Shown: piece after piece, positions 50,742-60,285 of the stretch | How positions within the stretch are numbered: the stretch's first letter is position 1 | Layout of the letters: every line of letters starts with the position of its first letter | NCBI GenBank assembly: GCA_965215505.1 | Contig: OZ244065.1 | Coordinates: forward strand, 2,016,001-2,080,000 | Length of the DNA: 64,000 nt | Direction: 5' to 3' | Source: Capsulimonadaceae bacterium | Lineage (GTDB): Bacteria; Armatimonadota; Armatimonadia; Armatimonadales; Capsulimonadaceae | The notes under the pieces: generated by a model | Databases searched by the model: none | Told to the model about the DNA's origin: nothing | Seen by the model: only the letters and a program-made list of their open reading frames with translations | Made by a program: the position numbers and the translations under genes

Positions 50742-51065
50742 TCAACCACTCGGCTCCATCCACTCGGCCACCTGCCGCATATGGTAGGCGTCGTGGGCCA
50801 CGATCTGCACGATCCACGCCTCGATGCTGACCGGGCCGATGATCGGGGGATGGCCGGGCAGAAATCCGATGCGCTCCCACTGTTCCGGGGCAAGTGCCCG
50901 CAGGATCGGCATCATCTGGGCGCGGCCCGCATGGAAGCGGGCCAGGGAGACATCCGGCGCGGCACCGAACGACCCGCTCGCCCGTGCGACCTCATCTGGG
51001 GTGCGGAACGTCAGGTCGTCCAGGAACGTCGGCGTCCGCAACGTCTTCTCGGCCAGCACGGCCAT
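50742..51065 (-). CDS. DinB-like protein, apparently internally deleted (possible pseudogene)
   Basis: EQWERIG...HP..GPVSI...AHDAYHMRQV; only 107 aa. Confidence 0.55.
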   Translation of the reverse strand: MAVLAEKTLRTPTFLDDLTFRTPDEVARASGSFGAAPDVSLARFHAGRAQMMPILRALAPEQWERIGFLPGHPPIIGPVSIEAWIVQIVAHDAYHMRQVAEWMEPSG

Positions 51066-51069
51066 CGGA

Positions 51070-52362
51070 TCACGCCTCCCGGAACAGGGTCTGGTCGCGA
51101 CGCCGCCCCACCGAGACGGTCGTGATCGGCACCTCGACGTGCTTCTCGACGGCCTCGACGAACCGACGCGCCGCTTCCGGCAGCTTGCCGAACTCGCGAA
51201 TCTCACTGACATCTTCGGACCAGCCCGCGAACGTCTCGTAGATCGGCTCGCAGCGGCACAGGCGACCCTGGTCGCTCGGGAAGTCCACGATCTCGTTCCC
51301 GTCCAACTTGTAGGCGATCGCCATCTTGACCTCGTCGAAGCCCGTCAGCACGTCCAGGTGGCCGAGGTACAGGTCGGTCAGGCCGTTCACCAGGGCCGAG
51401 TAGCGCAGGGCCACCCCGTCCAGCCAGCCGCACCGGCGCGGGCGGCCCGTCGTCGTGCCGTACTCCGCCCCCCGGTCCCGGATTAGGTCGCCCGTCGCGT
51501 TGTTCAGCTCCGTCGGGAACGCGCCCGCCCCGACGCGGGTCGTGTAGGACTTGGAGACGGCGATGATCTGGTCTATCTGCGTCGGCCCCAGCCCCGTCCC
51601 GATGCACGCGCCGCCCGCCGAGGGGTGCGACGAGGTCACATACGGATACGTCCCCAGGTCAATGTCAAGCAGTGTGGCCTGCGCGCCTTCGAACAGGACC
51701 TTCTTGCCGGACCGGGCCGCATAGGCGACGCGCAGAGCCGTGTCGTCCACATAGGGCCGCAGAGCCTCGGCGTGGGGCAGGAGGTCATTCAAAATCTGTT
51801 CGGCGGACAGCGGCGCGACCCCGTACACCTTGGTCAGCAGCTCGTTCTTGAACTCCAGAGCCTCGGAAAGCCGCTCGGCGAACAGGGCCGGGTCCACGAA
51901 CTCGCGCATCCGAATCCCGACTCGCGCCGCCTTGTCCTGATAGGCCGGCCCGATGCCGCGCCCCGTCGTCCCCAGGGCGCGGCTCCCCTTGCGCTTCTCT
52001 TCCAGCTCGTCCAGCAATTTGTGGTAGGGCAGGACGACGTGGGCGTTGCCGCTGATCTTCAGGTTCTCGCAGGAGACGCCGCGCCCCTTCAGATGGGTCA
52101 GCTCGCCCACGAACGAGGCGGGGTCCAGCACGACGCCGTCGGCGACCACGCAGAGCGTGTCCGGGTGCAGGATACCGGCGGGGACCAGATGCAGCTTGTA
52201 CTCGTCCTCGCCGCCCGCGTCGTTCGGGACGACCACGGTATGCCCGGCGTTCGAGCCGCCGCCCCAGCGCACGACGACATCTTTGTCGTGCGCCAGGAAG
52301 TCAATCAGCTTTCCCTTACTCTCGTCCCCCCACATCGCCCCGACGACCACGGTGTTTGCCAT
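51070..52362 (-). CDS. purA: Adenylosuccinate synthetase
   Basis: WGDESKGK, NAGHT, FEGAQ, GTTTGRPRRCGW. Confidence 0.98.
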   Translation of the reverse strand: MANTVVVGAMWGDESKGKLIDFLAHDKDVVVRWGGGSNAGHTVVVPNDAGGEDEYKLHLVPAGILHPDTLCVVADGVVLDPASFVGELTHLKGRGVSCENLKISGNAHVVLPYHKLLDELEEKRKGSRALGTTGRGIGPAYQDKAARVGIRMREFVDPALFAERLSEALEFKNELLTKVYGVAPLSAEQILNDLLPHAEALRPYVDDTALRVAYAARSGKKVLFEGAQATLLDIDLGTYPYVTSSHPSAGGACIGTGLGPTQIDQIIAVSKSYTTRVGAGAFPTELNNATGDLIRDRGAEYGTTTGRPRRCGWLDGVALRYSALVNGLTDLYLGHLDVLTGFDEVKMAIAYKLDGNEIVDFPSDQGRLCRCEPIYETFAGWSEDVSEIREFGKLPEAARRFVEAVEKHVEVPITTVSVGRRRDQTLFREA

Positions 52363-52422
52363 AACTTGCAGTGTCCTTTGTCGCAGCCTCGCCTGAGTTT
52401 TATGGCGGCAGCCGAACGCCGA

Positions 52423-52452
52423 ATTATAGCACCGCCGGGTGCTCCAAGTCAA
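52423..52452 (-). promoter_or_regulatory. Putative purA promoter
   Basis: TTGACT-N18-TATAAT with TG extension. Confidence 0.6.
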
Positions 52453-52488
52453 TCAGGCGGGTACAATACGGCAAAAGGAGCAACCCCA

Positions 52489-53637
52489 ATGAAGCCCGCC
52501 CCTCCGATTGCCGCACTGTCATTCCTGGCCGCCCTCAGCCTCACCGGCTGCCATCCATCCCAGACCCAGATGCTGCCGCTGCCAGGTTTGGCGCGTCCTT
52601 CTTACACCATCATTGACCTCGGCCCCGGAACACCCCAGGACATCAACAACCCAGGGCAGGTCGTCGGCGACTTCCCTGTGGGCGTTCTCCCAAAGGTTCA
52701 GGGCTCCCCCTACTTCCACGGCTGCCTCTGGGACAAAGGCAAGCGGATCGAGATGCCCACGCTCGGCGGCTGGTACAGCAGTGCCATCAGAGTTAGCGAC
52801 CACGGCCTGATTCTGGGCACGGCGGCGGTCGCCGGCCAGGGGATTCCAGCCAACTCACTGACCCGCTCCTGCCTTTGGGATGGCGTAAAACTGACCGACC
52901 TGGACGCCGATCCCCGTTTCCATGGGACCAGTGCGATCCATATCACGAAGTCAGGTGCGGTCTATGCCGCCTCTCCGCCGCAGGGACCACAAAGGCAGTT
53001 CCACCTCTGGCTTTACCCGGCAGGATTCGGCCCCGGCGTCCGGCGCGACCTCGGCGTCATTGGCGGTCCCAAGATAAAGCCACTGTTTATCAATGACAGC
53101 GGCATGGTCGCCGGCACCTGGAATACGGGATATGTGCGTAACCAGAGGTCCTTCCATCACGCCTTTGTGTGGCACCAGGGGGATAAGAAGTGGCAGGACC
53201 TCGGGACATTCGGGGGTGTTGAGAGCGAACCGACCGGCCTCAACGACGCCGATCAAGTCATCGGCGAAGCGTGGCTGCCGGAAGTCCCCGACCTGCGCGT
53301 CCATGCGTTCCTCTGGGACAAAGGCTCCATGCGGGACCTCGGAACACTGCCGGGTGGAAACTATAGCTGCCCCTATGCCCTCAATAACAAAGGGCAGGTC
53401 GTGGGCGTCTCGAACTTCAACGGCGGGAACGTGGACAACCGGCCCGTCCTATGGGAACACGGGCAGATCAAAGATCTGACCCAGTTCATCCCGAGCGGAA
53501 CCCGTTGGTGTAACATGAGCGGTGCGACGGGCATCAACGACAGAGGCCAGATCGTGGGCGGTGGTGCGGTAACAGACGACCAGCCGAAGAAGGGCACTTA
53601 TGAGGGCCATGCCTACCTGCTGACACCACGGCCTTAG
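52489..53637 (+). CDS. Extracellular HAF-repeat lipoprotein
   Basis: AAGGAG RBS, lipobox LTGC, repeats HAFLW..DLGTL..INxxGQVVG. Confidence 0.88.
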   Translation: MKPAPPIAALSFLAALSLTGCHPSQTQMLPLPGLARPSYTIIDLGPGTPQDINNPGQVVGDFPVGVLPKVQGSPYFHGCLWDKGKRIEMPTLGGWYSSAIRVSDHGLILGTAAVAGQGIPANSLTRSCLWDGVKLTDLDADPRFHGTSAIHITKSGAVYAASPPQGPQRQFHLWLYPAGFGPGVRRDLGVIGGPKIKPLFINDSGMVAGTWNTGYVRNQRSFHHAFVWHQGDKKWQDLGTFGGVESEPTGLNDADQVIGEAWLPEVPDLRVHAFLWDKGSMRDLGTLPGGNYSCPYALNNKGQVVGVSNFNGGNVDNRPVLWEHGQIKDLTQFIPSGTRWCNMSGATGINDRGQIVGGGAVTDDQPKKGTYEGHAYLLTPRP

Positions 53638-53712
53638 CCCATCGGGTGCCAGGAACCTCCATCCCACACCGGGCATTACTGAGACATCAACCGTCAGGAA
53701 AGGACCACACAC

Positions 53713-54645
53713 ATGGCGACGATGAAAGCCGTCCGGCTGCACGAGTTCGGCGGGCCCGATGTTCTGAGGTATGAGGACGCGCCGCGCCCTGAAATCGGGC
53801 CGGGGGATGTCCTCATCCGGGTGCGGGCGTCGAGCGTCAACCCGCTCGACTGGAAAATCCGCGAGGGCCGGATGGAGGCGATGATGCCGCACACGCTGCC
53901 GCTGATCCTGGGCCTGAACGCTGGGGGCATCGTCGAAGCCGTCGGCAGCGGCGTCACCGGGTTCAAGCCGGGCGATGAAGTCTTCGCCGGCACGGGGATG
54001 ACGCGAGACGGCTCTTACGCCGAGTTCGTGGCGGCCGACGCCGGGGCGGTGGCCCGTAAGCCGTCGGCGGTTGACTTCGGAACGATAGTCTCGGCCCAAA
54101 CGGCGCTCACGGCTTTGCAGGCGCTCTTCGATGTCTCGCACCTGTCGGCGGGCCAGACGGTGCTGGTCCACGGCGCGGGCGGGGCGGTCGGAGCGGCCGG
54201 CGTGCAGTTCGCCCATAACATCGGGGCGACCGTCGTGGCGACGGCTTCCGGCGAAGACCGCGACTATGTCCGGGGCCTGGGGGCGGACGTCGTGGTGGAT
54301 TACAGAACTGAGCGGTTCGAGGACGCCGCGCACGACGTAGACGTCGTGTTGGACACGGTCGGCGGCGAGACACAGGCGCGGTCGTTCACGACGATGAAGC
54401 CGGGCGGCATCCTGGTCACGACGACGGCCCCGCCCGACATGGACGCGGCCGGAAAGGCAGGGGTCACGGCCAAGATGATCCAGGTCAGCCCGAACACCGC
54501 CCAACTCAGCGAGATCGCGGAGATGATCGCCGCCGGCAAGTTCAAGGTCCGCATCGGGCTTGTCCTGCCGCTGTCGGAGGCACAGCAGGCACATGAGAAG
54601 GCGCAGGCCGGGCAGGTGCGCGGCAAGATCGTCCTGCAAGTGTAG
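53713..54645 (+). CDS. NADP-dependent oxidoreductase (MDR/quinone reductase family)
   Basis: FGGPDVL, VNPLDWKIREG, HGAGGAVG, GKIVL. Confidence 0.92.
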   Translation: MATMKAVRLHEFGGPDVLRYEDAPRPEIGPGDVLIRVRASSVNPLDWKIREGRMEAMMPHTLPLILGLNAGGIVEAVGSGVTGFKPGDEVFAGTGMTRDGSYAEFVAADAGAVARKPSAVDFGTIVSAQTALTALQALFDVSHLSAGQTVLVHGAGGAVGAAGVQFAHNIGATVVATASGEDRDYVRGLGADVVVDYRTERFEDAAHDVDVVLDTVGGETQARSFTTMKPGGILVTTTAPPDMDAAGKAGVTAKMIQVSPNTAQLSEIAEMIAAGKFKVRIGLVLPLSEAQQAHEKAQAGQVRGKIVLQV

Positions 54646-54661
54646 GCCGACTGATTGCTCT

Positions 54662-55210
54662 CTACCGGGCGGGTGCAGGCTGGGCGGGTATCCCAGCCTT
54701 CGCCCGCACCCGGACGGCCTCGCGCAGACGGCCCCAGCGCGGGTCGAAGCCGTCCTGACGCATCTCGGCGTAGGCGCGCGGGAAGGGCCAGCCCTGCCGC
54801 GTCACGCGGTAGATGCCCAGCATGCAGCCGGTCCGGTCCGCCCCGTGCTGGCAATGCACGAAAACCGGCTCATTCGGCGCGCGGTTCAAAGTCGCCAGCA
54901 GAGTGGAAACCTGCTTGGGCGTCGGTGGGTCAGAACCCATCGGCAGGTTGATCCAATTAAAGCCCAGCGACCGGGCGTAGATGCCCTCCTTGCGGACGGT
55001 CTTGGGCGCGATCCGCAGATCAATGACGGTCTTCACCCCCATGGCTTTCAAGTGCCGCAGGCCCGCCTCGCTCGGCGCGGCCCCGCGCCAGATGCCCGGT
55101 GCGACCGCGTGGAAGTTCGGCAGGTCCTCCGCCGCCGCCGGGAGGGCGCACAGGGCGAAAAGGCCCAGCAGGCCGAAGGCGAGCGGGCTAAAGATACGGG
55201 TTGGCTTCAT
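54662..55210 (-). CDS. Secreted dual-specificity/tyrosine phosphatase family protein
   Basis: Signal peptide; CX5R motif HCQHGADRTG. Confidence 0.88.
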   Translation of the reverse strand: MKPTRIFSPLAFGLLGLFALCALPAAAEDLPNFHAVAPGIWRGAAPSEAGLRHLKAMGVKTVIDLRIAPKTVRKEGIYARSLGFNWINLPMGSDPPTPKQVSTLLATLNRAPNEPVFVHCQHGADRTGCMLGIYRVTRQGWPFPRAYAEMRQDGFDPRWGRLREAVRVRAKAGIPAQPAPAR

Positions 55211-56162
55211 TCTGCAAGTAGTTCCCCACATAGTCGCTGATCGCCTCCTCCAAGGGTGTGAACGGGACGTCGCAGCCTGCCGCGCGCAGCCGGGTCAGGT
55301 CCGCCTCCGTGTGGTACTGGTAGGACGCCCGGATCTTCTCGGGCGTCGGGATGTAGGTGACGTTCGGCGTCTTGTCCAGGGCGCGGAAGATGGCGGCGGC
55401 CAGGTCGTTGAAGGTCCGCGCCTTCCCCGTGCCGACGTTGTAGATGCCGCTGACTTCGGGGTGGTCCAGGAACCACAGGACGACCGCGCAGACGTCCTTG
55501 ACGTACACGAAGTCGCGCTCCTGCTCGCCGTCCGCGTAGCCCTCTTTGTGCGACTGGAACAGGTTGATCTGCCCCGTCTCGCGGATCTGGTTGGTGGAAT
55601 GGAAGGGGACGGAGGCCCCGAAGCCCTTGTGGTACTCGTTCGGTCCGAACACGTTGAAGAAGCGCAGGCCGGCGACTTTGTCGGTCCAGCCCTCGCGGAT
55701 GGCCTCCATGTCGCAGAGCCACTTGGAGAACGCATAGGCGTTCATGGGCAGGAAATCCGGCGTCAGGGCGTCGTCGTCGGAGAAGCCCGAGGACCCGTCG
55801 CCGTAGACGCTGGCGCTGGAGGCGTACACCAGGCGGGCGTCATTGGCGAGCGCCCATTGGGCCAGCATCCGCGTGTAGCGGACGTTGCGGGCGTACAGCT
55901 CGTCCACGTCCCGGAACGAGGTGTCCGAGATCGCCCCCATGTGCAGGATGCCCTCGATCCTGCCCGTGTAGGCCCCCGCCGCCAGGTCACGCGCAAACGC
56001 CTCAGGTGCGACGGCATCCAGGAACCGCCGGCCGCGCAGGTTCTTCCACTTCGGGCCGTCCCCGAAATCGTCCACCACGAGGATGTCGCCGCGCCCCCGC
56101 GCATTCAGAGCCGCCACGAGCGCGCTGCCGATGAAGCCCGTCCCGCCTGTCACTACCAGCAT
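55188..56162 (-). CDS. hldD: ADP-L-glycero-D-manno-heptose 6-epimerase
   Basis: TGGTGFIGS, YASSASVYG, YAFSK, FNVFGPNEYHKG; GGAGG RBS. Confidence 0.92.
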   Translation of the reverse strand: MLVVTGGTGFIGSALVAALNARGRGDILVVDDFGDGPKWKNLRGRRFLDAVAPEAFARDLAAGAYTGRIEGILHMGAISDTSFRDVDELYARNVRYTRMLAQWALANDARLVYASSASVYGDGSSGFSDDDALTPDFLPMNAYAFSKWLCDMEAIREGWTDKVAGLRFFNVFGPNEYHKGFGASVPFHSTNQIRETGQINLFQSHKEGYADGEQERDFVYVKDVCAVVLWFLDHPEVSGIYNVGTGKARTFNDLAAAIFRALDKTPNVTYIPTPEKIRASYQYHTEADLTRLRAAGCDVPFTPLEEAISDYVGNYLQNEANPYL

Positions 56163-56444
56163 TCTTGAAGTCCTCCGAGCGTCATTATACCTGCCCGCCG
56201 CCTGATTCTTCCGCCGCATCACTTCCAGAGCCAGCGACCCGAAGCGCGGGACCAGCCGCCGGGGCGGCCTCCGCCGCCGGTGCAGCGCACGGCGTGCCCA
56301 CAGCCAGGCGACGATGCCGCCGCCGATCAGCCCCGCCTGCCAGCCGTTCATGCCGCTCTGCCTCCCCCGCGACAAAAAGCGTGTCAGTTTCCGCCCGCGC
56401 GGGTATCTCTCCCTGACACACTCGCGACAAAGGAGAACTTTTCT

Positions 56445-56693
56445 ATGGCACTCGGTTTCCTGCTAGATCAGGTGAAAAACGCCGTCTCGAATCACGGGGA
56501 CCAGCCCGGCAACAACTTCGACACGGGCGGCCTGATGAACACCATCGAAGGTCTGTTCGGCCAGCATGCCCAGAACACCGGCCAGCCCCTCTCGTCATCC
56601 CAGGACCCTTACGGCGACCCCGCCGACCAGCAGGGCGGGCAGGTGTTGTCTTCCTCCCAAGACCCCTACGGCGACCCTGCCGACCAGCGTTAG
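56445..56693 (+). CDS. Small protein with duplicated SQDPYGDPADQ motif
   Basis: AAGGAG RBS; 57-nt period repeat. Confidence 0.82.
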   Translation: MALGFLLDQVKNAVSNHGDQPGNNFDTGGLMNTIEGLFGQHAQNTGQPLSSSQDPYGDPADQQGGQVLSSSQDPYGDPADQR

Positions 56694-56704
56694 CGCGAAC
56701 CACT

Positions 56705-56736
56705 GCCCGGCCTGCGGTCAGGCCGGGCGTTTTCTT
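56705..56736 (+). terminator. Intrinsic terminator
   Basis: GCCCGGCCTG/CAGGCCGGGC stem followed by TTTTCTT. Confidence 0.75.
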
Positions 56737-56750
56737 GTCCCCTCTGGACC

Positions 56751-58295
56751 TCAAAGCGCCCCCGCCTCCACCCGATCTTTCTGCCCGTCCGGCACGTCAC
56801 CGGTCTGACGGACGCGCAGGTCAGTGACGTTTGCAAGCGCGAGCGTCGGCGCACCGGGCGCATGCACCGCCTTCACCCGGTCCAGATCGGCACCCGCGAC
56901 GTCATCCAGGACGAAGGCGGGCCGCTGGTCCTCGGTCAGCGTGTGCAGGCTGATGTTTTCCAGAGTGATCCCCTTGACGTGCCGCAGGAAGAAGCCGTAA
57001 GCGGGTGTCGCCCCAAACATGGACGGCTCAGGGTAAGAAGCCTCCTGTTCCGGCGGCTTGATGGCCGCCTGTGCCTTCGTGCCGCCGCCCCGGACCCAGA
57101 TCTGGATGTTGCTCAGTGTGACGTCTTCAATCGGGTGGCCGGGGATGCCGCTGAGAGTCGCGGCATCGCGCGCGTCGGCGTTGTAGACGATCACGTCGCT
57201 GATGTTCACGCGCCGCAGCGCGCCGACGACCGTGCCGGCCGGGCCGCGCAGGCGGCTCCCGAGCCGCAGGAAGATGGGGGCGGTGACGATGTCGCGCATG
57301 GTGATGTTCGAGATCGAGACGTCTTCCAGCAGCCCGCCGTCCACGGTTTCAAGCGCCAGCCCGTTGCAGAAGTTGAAAGTGCAGTTGGAAACCGTGACGT
57401 TCTTGAAGCCGCCGTTGGACTCGGTCCCGAACTTGATCCGCCCCGTCCCGCCGCCGTTTCTGCGCCCCAACGTGCCGTCCAGCAGTGTCCCCTCTTCGAA
57501 GCCGCTCACGCCGCAGTTCGTGATCGTGACGTTCTCCGTCGCCCGCGCGAATCCCAGTCCGAACGAGCTTTTCAGGCAGATGCCATCGTCCTGGGGGGAG
57601 TTGACGCTGCAATTCGAGACGTGGACGTTCCGGCAGCAGTCAATGTCCATGCCGTCCCGGTTGGTGTCGATCTTCAGGTTGTCGATTGTCAGGTTGTCCA
57701 CGCCGGTCGCCAGGATGCCGAACCACCCGCCGTGCTGGATGGTCACGTCGCGGATCGTGACGTTGCGGCAGAGCTTCAGGCTGATCGTCTTGTTGCCGCG
57801 CCCGTCCGGCCCGCCGTCGTTCCGCACCAGGCCCCGGCCCCACAGGCGACCCGGCCCGAGGATAGAGACGTTTTCTAAGCCCTCCCCCCAGATCAGGCTG
57901 TTGTGCCAGTGGGTGTGCCCGAAGTCTTGATATTTGCCTGCGGCGGGGTTCTCCTCCGGCGGGTCGTATTGCCCATCCTGCCCCGGCGCAGCGGCGACCA
58001 GCGTTGCCCCTGCATCGAGATACAGCGTGATGTTGCTCCGCAAGTGGACCGAGCCAGACAGGTACGTCCCCGCCCCAAACCGCACTGTGCCGCCCCCGGC
58101 GGCGGATGCCGCGCCGATGGCCTTCTCGATGGCCGCCCCGTCCCCCGTGATCCCGTCACCCTTCGCGCCATAGGCGCGGACATCGTAGCTTCCGGCGGCG
58201 GGCGTGGGGTCCGCCGCAGCCATGCGGCAGAGGCCGGCCAGCAGGAAGGCCGCCAGAAGGAGTGGACGGCGCGTTGAAGCGGCAATGGATTTCAT
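56751..58295 (-). CDS. Secreted glycoside hydrolase family 28 (beta-helix)
   Basis: YDVRAYGAKGDG, NRDGMD, QDDGICLKS, RIKFGTES. Confidence 0.92.
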   Translation of the reverse strand: MKSIAASTRRPLLLAAFLLAGLCRMAAADPTPAAGSYDVRAYGAKGDGITGDGAAIEKAIGAASAAGGGTVRFGAGTYLSGSVHLRSNITLYLDAGATLVAAAPGQDGQYDPPEENPAAGKYQDFGHTHWHNSLIWGEGLENVSILGPGRLWGRGLVRNDGGPDGRGNKTISLKLCRNVTIRDVTIQHGGWFGILATGVDNLTIDNLKIDTNRDGMDIDCCRNVHVSNCSVNSPQDDGICLKSSFGLGFARATENVTITNCGVSGFEEGTLLDGTLGRRNGGGTGRIKFGTESNGGFKNVTVSNCTFNFCNGLALETVDGGLLEDVSISNITMRDIVTAPIFLRLGSRLRGPAGTVVGALRRVNISDVIVYNADARDAATLSGIPGHPIEDVTLSNIQIWVRGGGTKAQAAIKPPEQEASYPEPSMFGATPAYGFFLRHVKGITLENISLHTLTEDQRPAFVLDDVAGADLDRVKAVHAPGAPTLALANVTDLRVRQTGDVPDGQKDRVEAGAL

Positions 58296-58340
58296 GGTCT
58301 GGGAACCCTTTCGTGACCTGTACACAGGTACAATCACCGT

Positions 58341-59858
58341 ATGGACGTCATCATCATCGGCGCGGGCGTCGGCGGTCTGGCCGCCGCCATCGGGCTGGCC
58401 GCACGCGGGGCGCGCGTCACACTGCTGGAACAAAACGGAAGCGTCGGCGGCAAGCTGAACATTTGGGAGCGGGACGGGTTCACCTTCGACACCGGCCCGC
58501 ACGTCCTGACGATGCTCTGGGCACTGGAAGAGGTCTTCGCGTCGGCGGGCCGGCGGCTGGAAGACGTTCTGGACCTCGTTCGTTTGGACACCGTCTGCCG
58601 CTACCACTTTGAGGGCGGCGACACGCTGGACGCCCCCGGCGATCCCGGCGAGGCCGCCCGCGCCATCGCGGACTTCGCGCCCGGCGAGGAGGCCGGCTTC
58701 TGCCGCTTCCTCGCCTACGCCCGGCAGGTGTCGGAGGCCACCACGGACCCGTTTCTGCGCCAGGACTTCGGGGCACAGGTGCGCGGCATCCCGACGCCCG
58801 CCCAGTGGAGCCAGCTCGGCGACTTCCTCGCCCTGAAGCCGTGGCGGACCCTGCGCGACGTCGTCCGCGCCCACTTCAATGACCCGCGCCTGCGCCAAGT
58901 CTTCGAGCTGTATGCGCTCTATAGCGGCTCTCACCCCGCACGCGCGTCGGGCATCTTCGCGACAGTCGCCGACGTGCAGTGGCGGCAGGGGACATTCTAT
59001 GTGCGCGGCGGACTGTACCAATTAGCCGAGGCACTGCGCGCGGCGGCGGAGCGCCTGGGCGTCGTCATCCGGACGGACACGGCCGCCGGGGAGATCATCG
59101 TCAGGAACCAAAGGGCGCGCGGCGTCGCCACCAGACAAGGCGAGCGCCTGTTTGCCGACGCCGTGGTCTGCAACGCCGACTGCCTGAGCGCCCTGACGTC
59201 GCTCGTCCCCGCTGAGGCCCGGCGCGCGTGGACCCGGCAGCGCGTCGAGAAGATCGAGCCGAGTACGTCCGCCTTTCTGCTCCTGCTGGGCGTCCGGGGG
59301 ACCTATCCGCAGCTCGCGCACCACAACTCGTTTCTCGCCCAGGACGGTGAAGCCGAATTCGCGGACATCTTTGACCACGCCCGGCCCGCCGAGGACCCGA
59401 CCGTCGGCGTCGCCTGTCAGTCCGTTTCCGACCCGACGAAAGCGCCGCCCGGCTGCACCAACCTCTTCGTGATGACCAACCCGCCCTCCCTCGGGGACTC
59501 GTTCGACTGGCATTCCGAAGCGCCGCGCTACCGTGACCTCGTCCTCGCCAAGCTGGAACGCATGGGGCTGGCCGACCTGCGTGACCGCATTCTCGTGGAA
59601 CAGATGTGGACGCCGCTCGGCCTTCAGCAACGCTACGCCGCCCACCGGGGCGCGATCTACGGGTTAAGCTCCAACGGCTGGCGGCAGGGCTTCCTACGCC
59701 CGCCCCAGGTTTCGCCCGACGTGCGCGGCCTGTACTTCGTCGGCGGCAGCACCCACCCCGGCGGGGGCGTCCCGCTGTGCGCTCTTTCTGGGACCAACGT
59801 CGCCCGGCGAATCGCGGGAGAGGCAGTCAATGAATGTTCGGGCGGGCCAGAGTGCTGA
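58341..59858 (+). CDS. Phytoene desaturase (CrtI) family FAD oxidoreductase
   Basis: GAGVGGL, GFTFDTGP, GAIYG, GGSTHPGGGVP. Confidence 0.9.
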   Translation: MDVIIIGAGVGGLAAAIGLAARGARVTLLEQNGSVGGKLNIWERDGFTFDTGPHVLTMLWALEEVFASAGRRLEDVLDLVRLDTVCRYHFEGGDTLDAPGDPGEAARAIADFAPGEEAGFCRFLAYARQVSEATTDPFLRQDFGAQVRGIPTPAQWSQLGDFLALKPWRTLRDVVRAHFNDPRLRQVFELYALYSGSHPARASGIFATVADVQWRQGTFYVRGGLYQLAEALRAAAERLGVVIRTDTAAGEIIVRNQRARGVATRQGERLFADAVVCNADCLSALTSLVPAEARRAWTRQRVEKIEPSTSAFLLLLGVRGTYPQLAHHNSFLAQDGEAEFADIFDHARPAEDPTVGVACQSVSDPTKAPPGCTNLFVMTNPPSLGDSFDWHSEAPRYRDLVLAKLERMGLADLRDRILVEQMWTPLGLQQRYAAHRGAIYGLSSNGWRQGFLRPPQVSPDVRGLYFVGGSTHPGGGVPLCALSGTNVARRIAGEAVNECSGGPEC

Positions 59859-60285
59859 CCACAACGAAGATCAAACTGATGATGTTGAGCAGCACGAACA
59901 GCCCGCCGGCGATAATGCCCACCAGGGCGTGTGTCCGGCCGCGCACTTCGGGCTGCTCTTTCACCAGACGCAGCCCTTTCATGCCCAGCACCACGGCGGC
60001 GACGCCCATCGGGATCGCCAGGCATGGGATGATCGAGAAGATGCCGAGATAATACGCCGTCAGGGCGGAGGGGTTCTTGTCGGGGATCATCCCGCCGAAC
60101 CCGCCGATGGTCGCCTGCGGCGCGTAAGCCTGCGGCGGCACATAGCCGCCCGGCGGCGGGGGCCAGGATGCCACGAGGCTCTGCCCGCAGCGCGCGCACT
60201 GCATCAGGCCGCCCTGGTTCGGCGCTCCGCAGCGCGGACACGTTGGGGCAACGGGCGGCGGGTTGTTCGGCGGGGGGACGCTCAT
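59827..60285 (-). CDS. Zinc-ribbon plus DUF4190-like membrane protein
   Basis: CPRCG...CARCG, Pro-rich linker, AYYLGIFS, GRTHALVGII. Confidence 0.8.
   Translation of the reverse strand: MSVPPPNNPPPVAPTCPRCGAPNQGGLMQCARCGQSLVASWPPPPGGYVPPQAYAPQATIGGFGGMIPDKNPSALTAYYLGIFSIIPCLAIPMGVAAVVLGMKGLRLVKEQPEVRGRTHALVGIIAGGLFVLLNIISLIFVVVSTLARPNIH

Noticed and set aside
51625-52488. N-terminal half of the 670-aa ORF
   Set aside because: Antisense to purA; the real start has an RBS and lipobox at 52489
58296-59021. Extension of the GH28 ORF
   Set aside because: Antisense to the CrtI-family gene; signal peptide starts at 58295
58341-59858. Carotenoid biosynthetic cluster
   Set aside because: Lone desaturase with no synthase or cyclase nearby; substrate cannot be assigned
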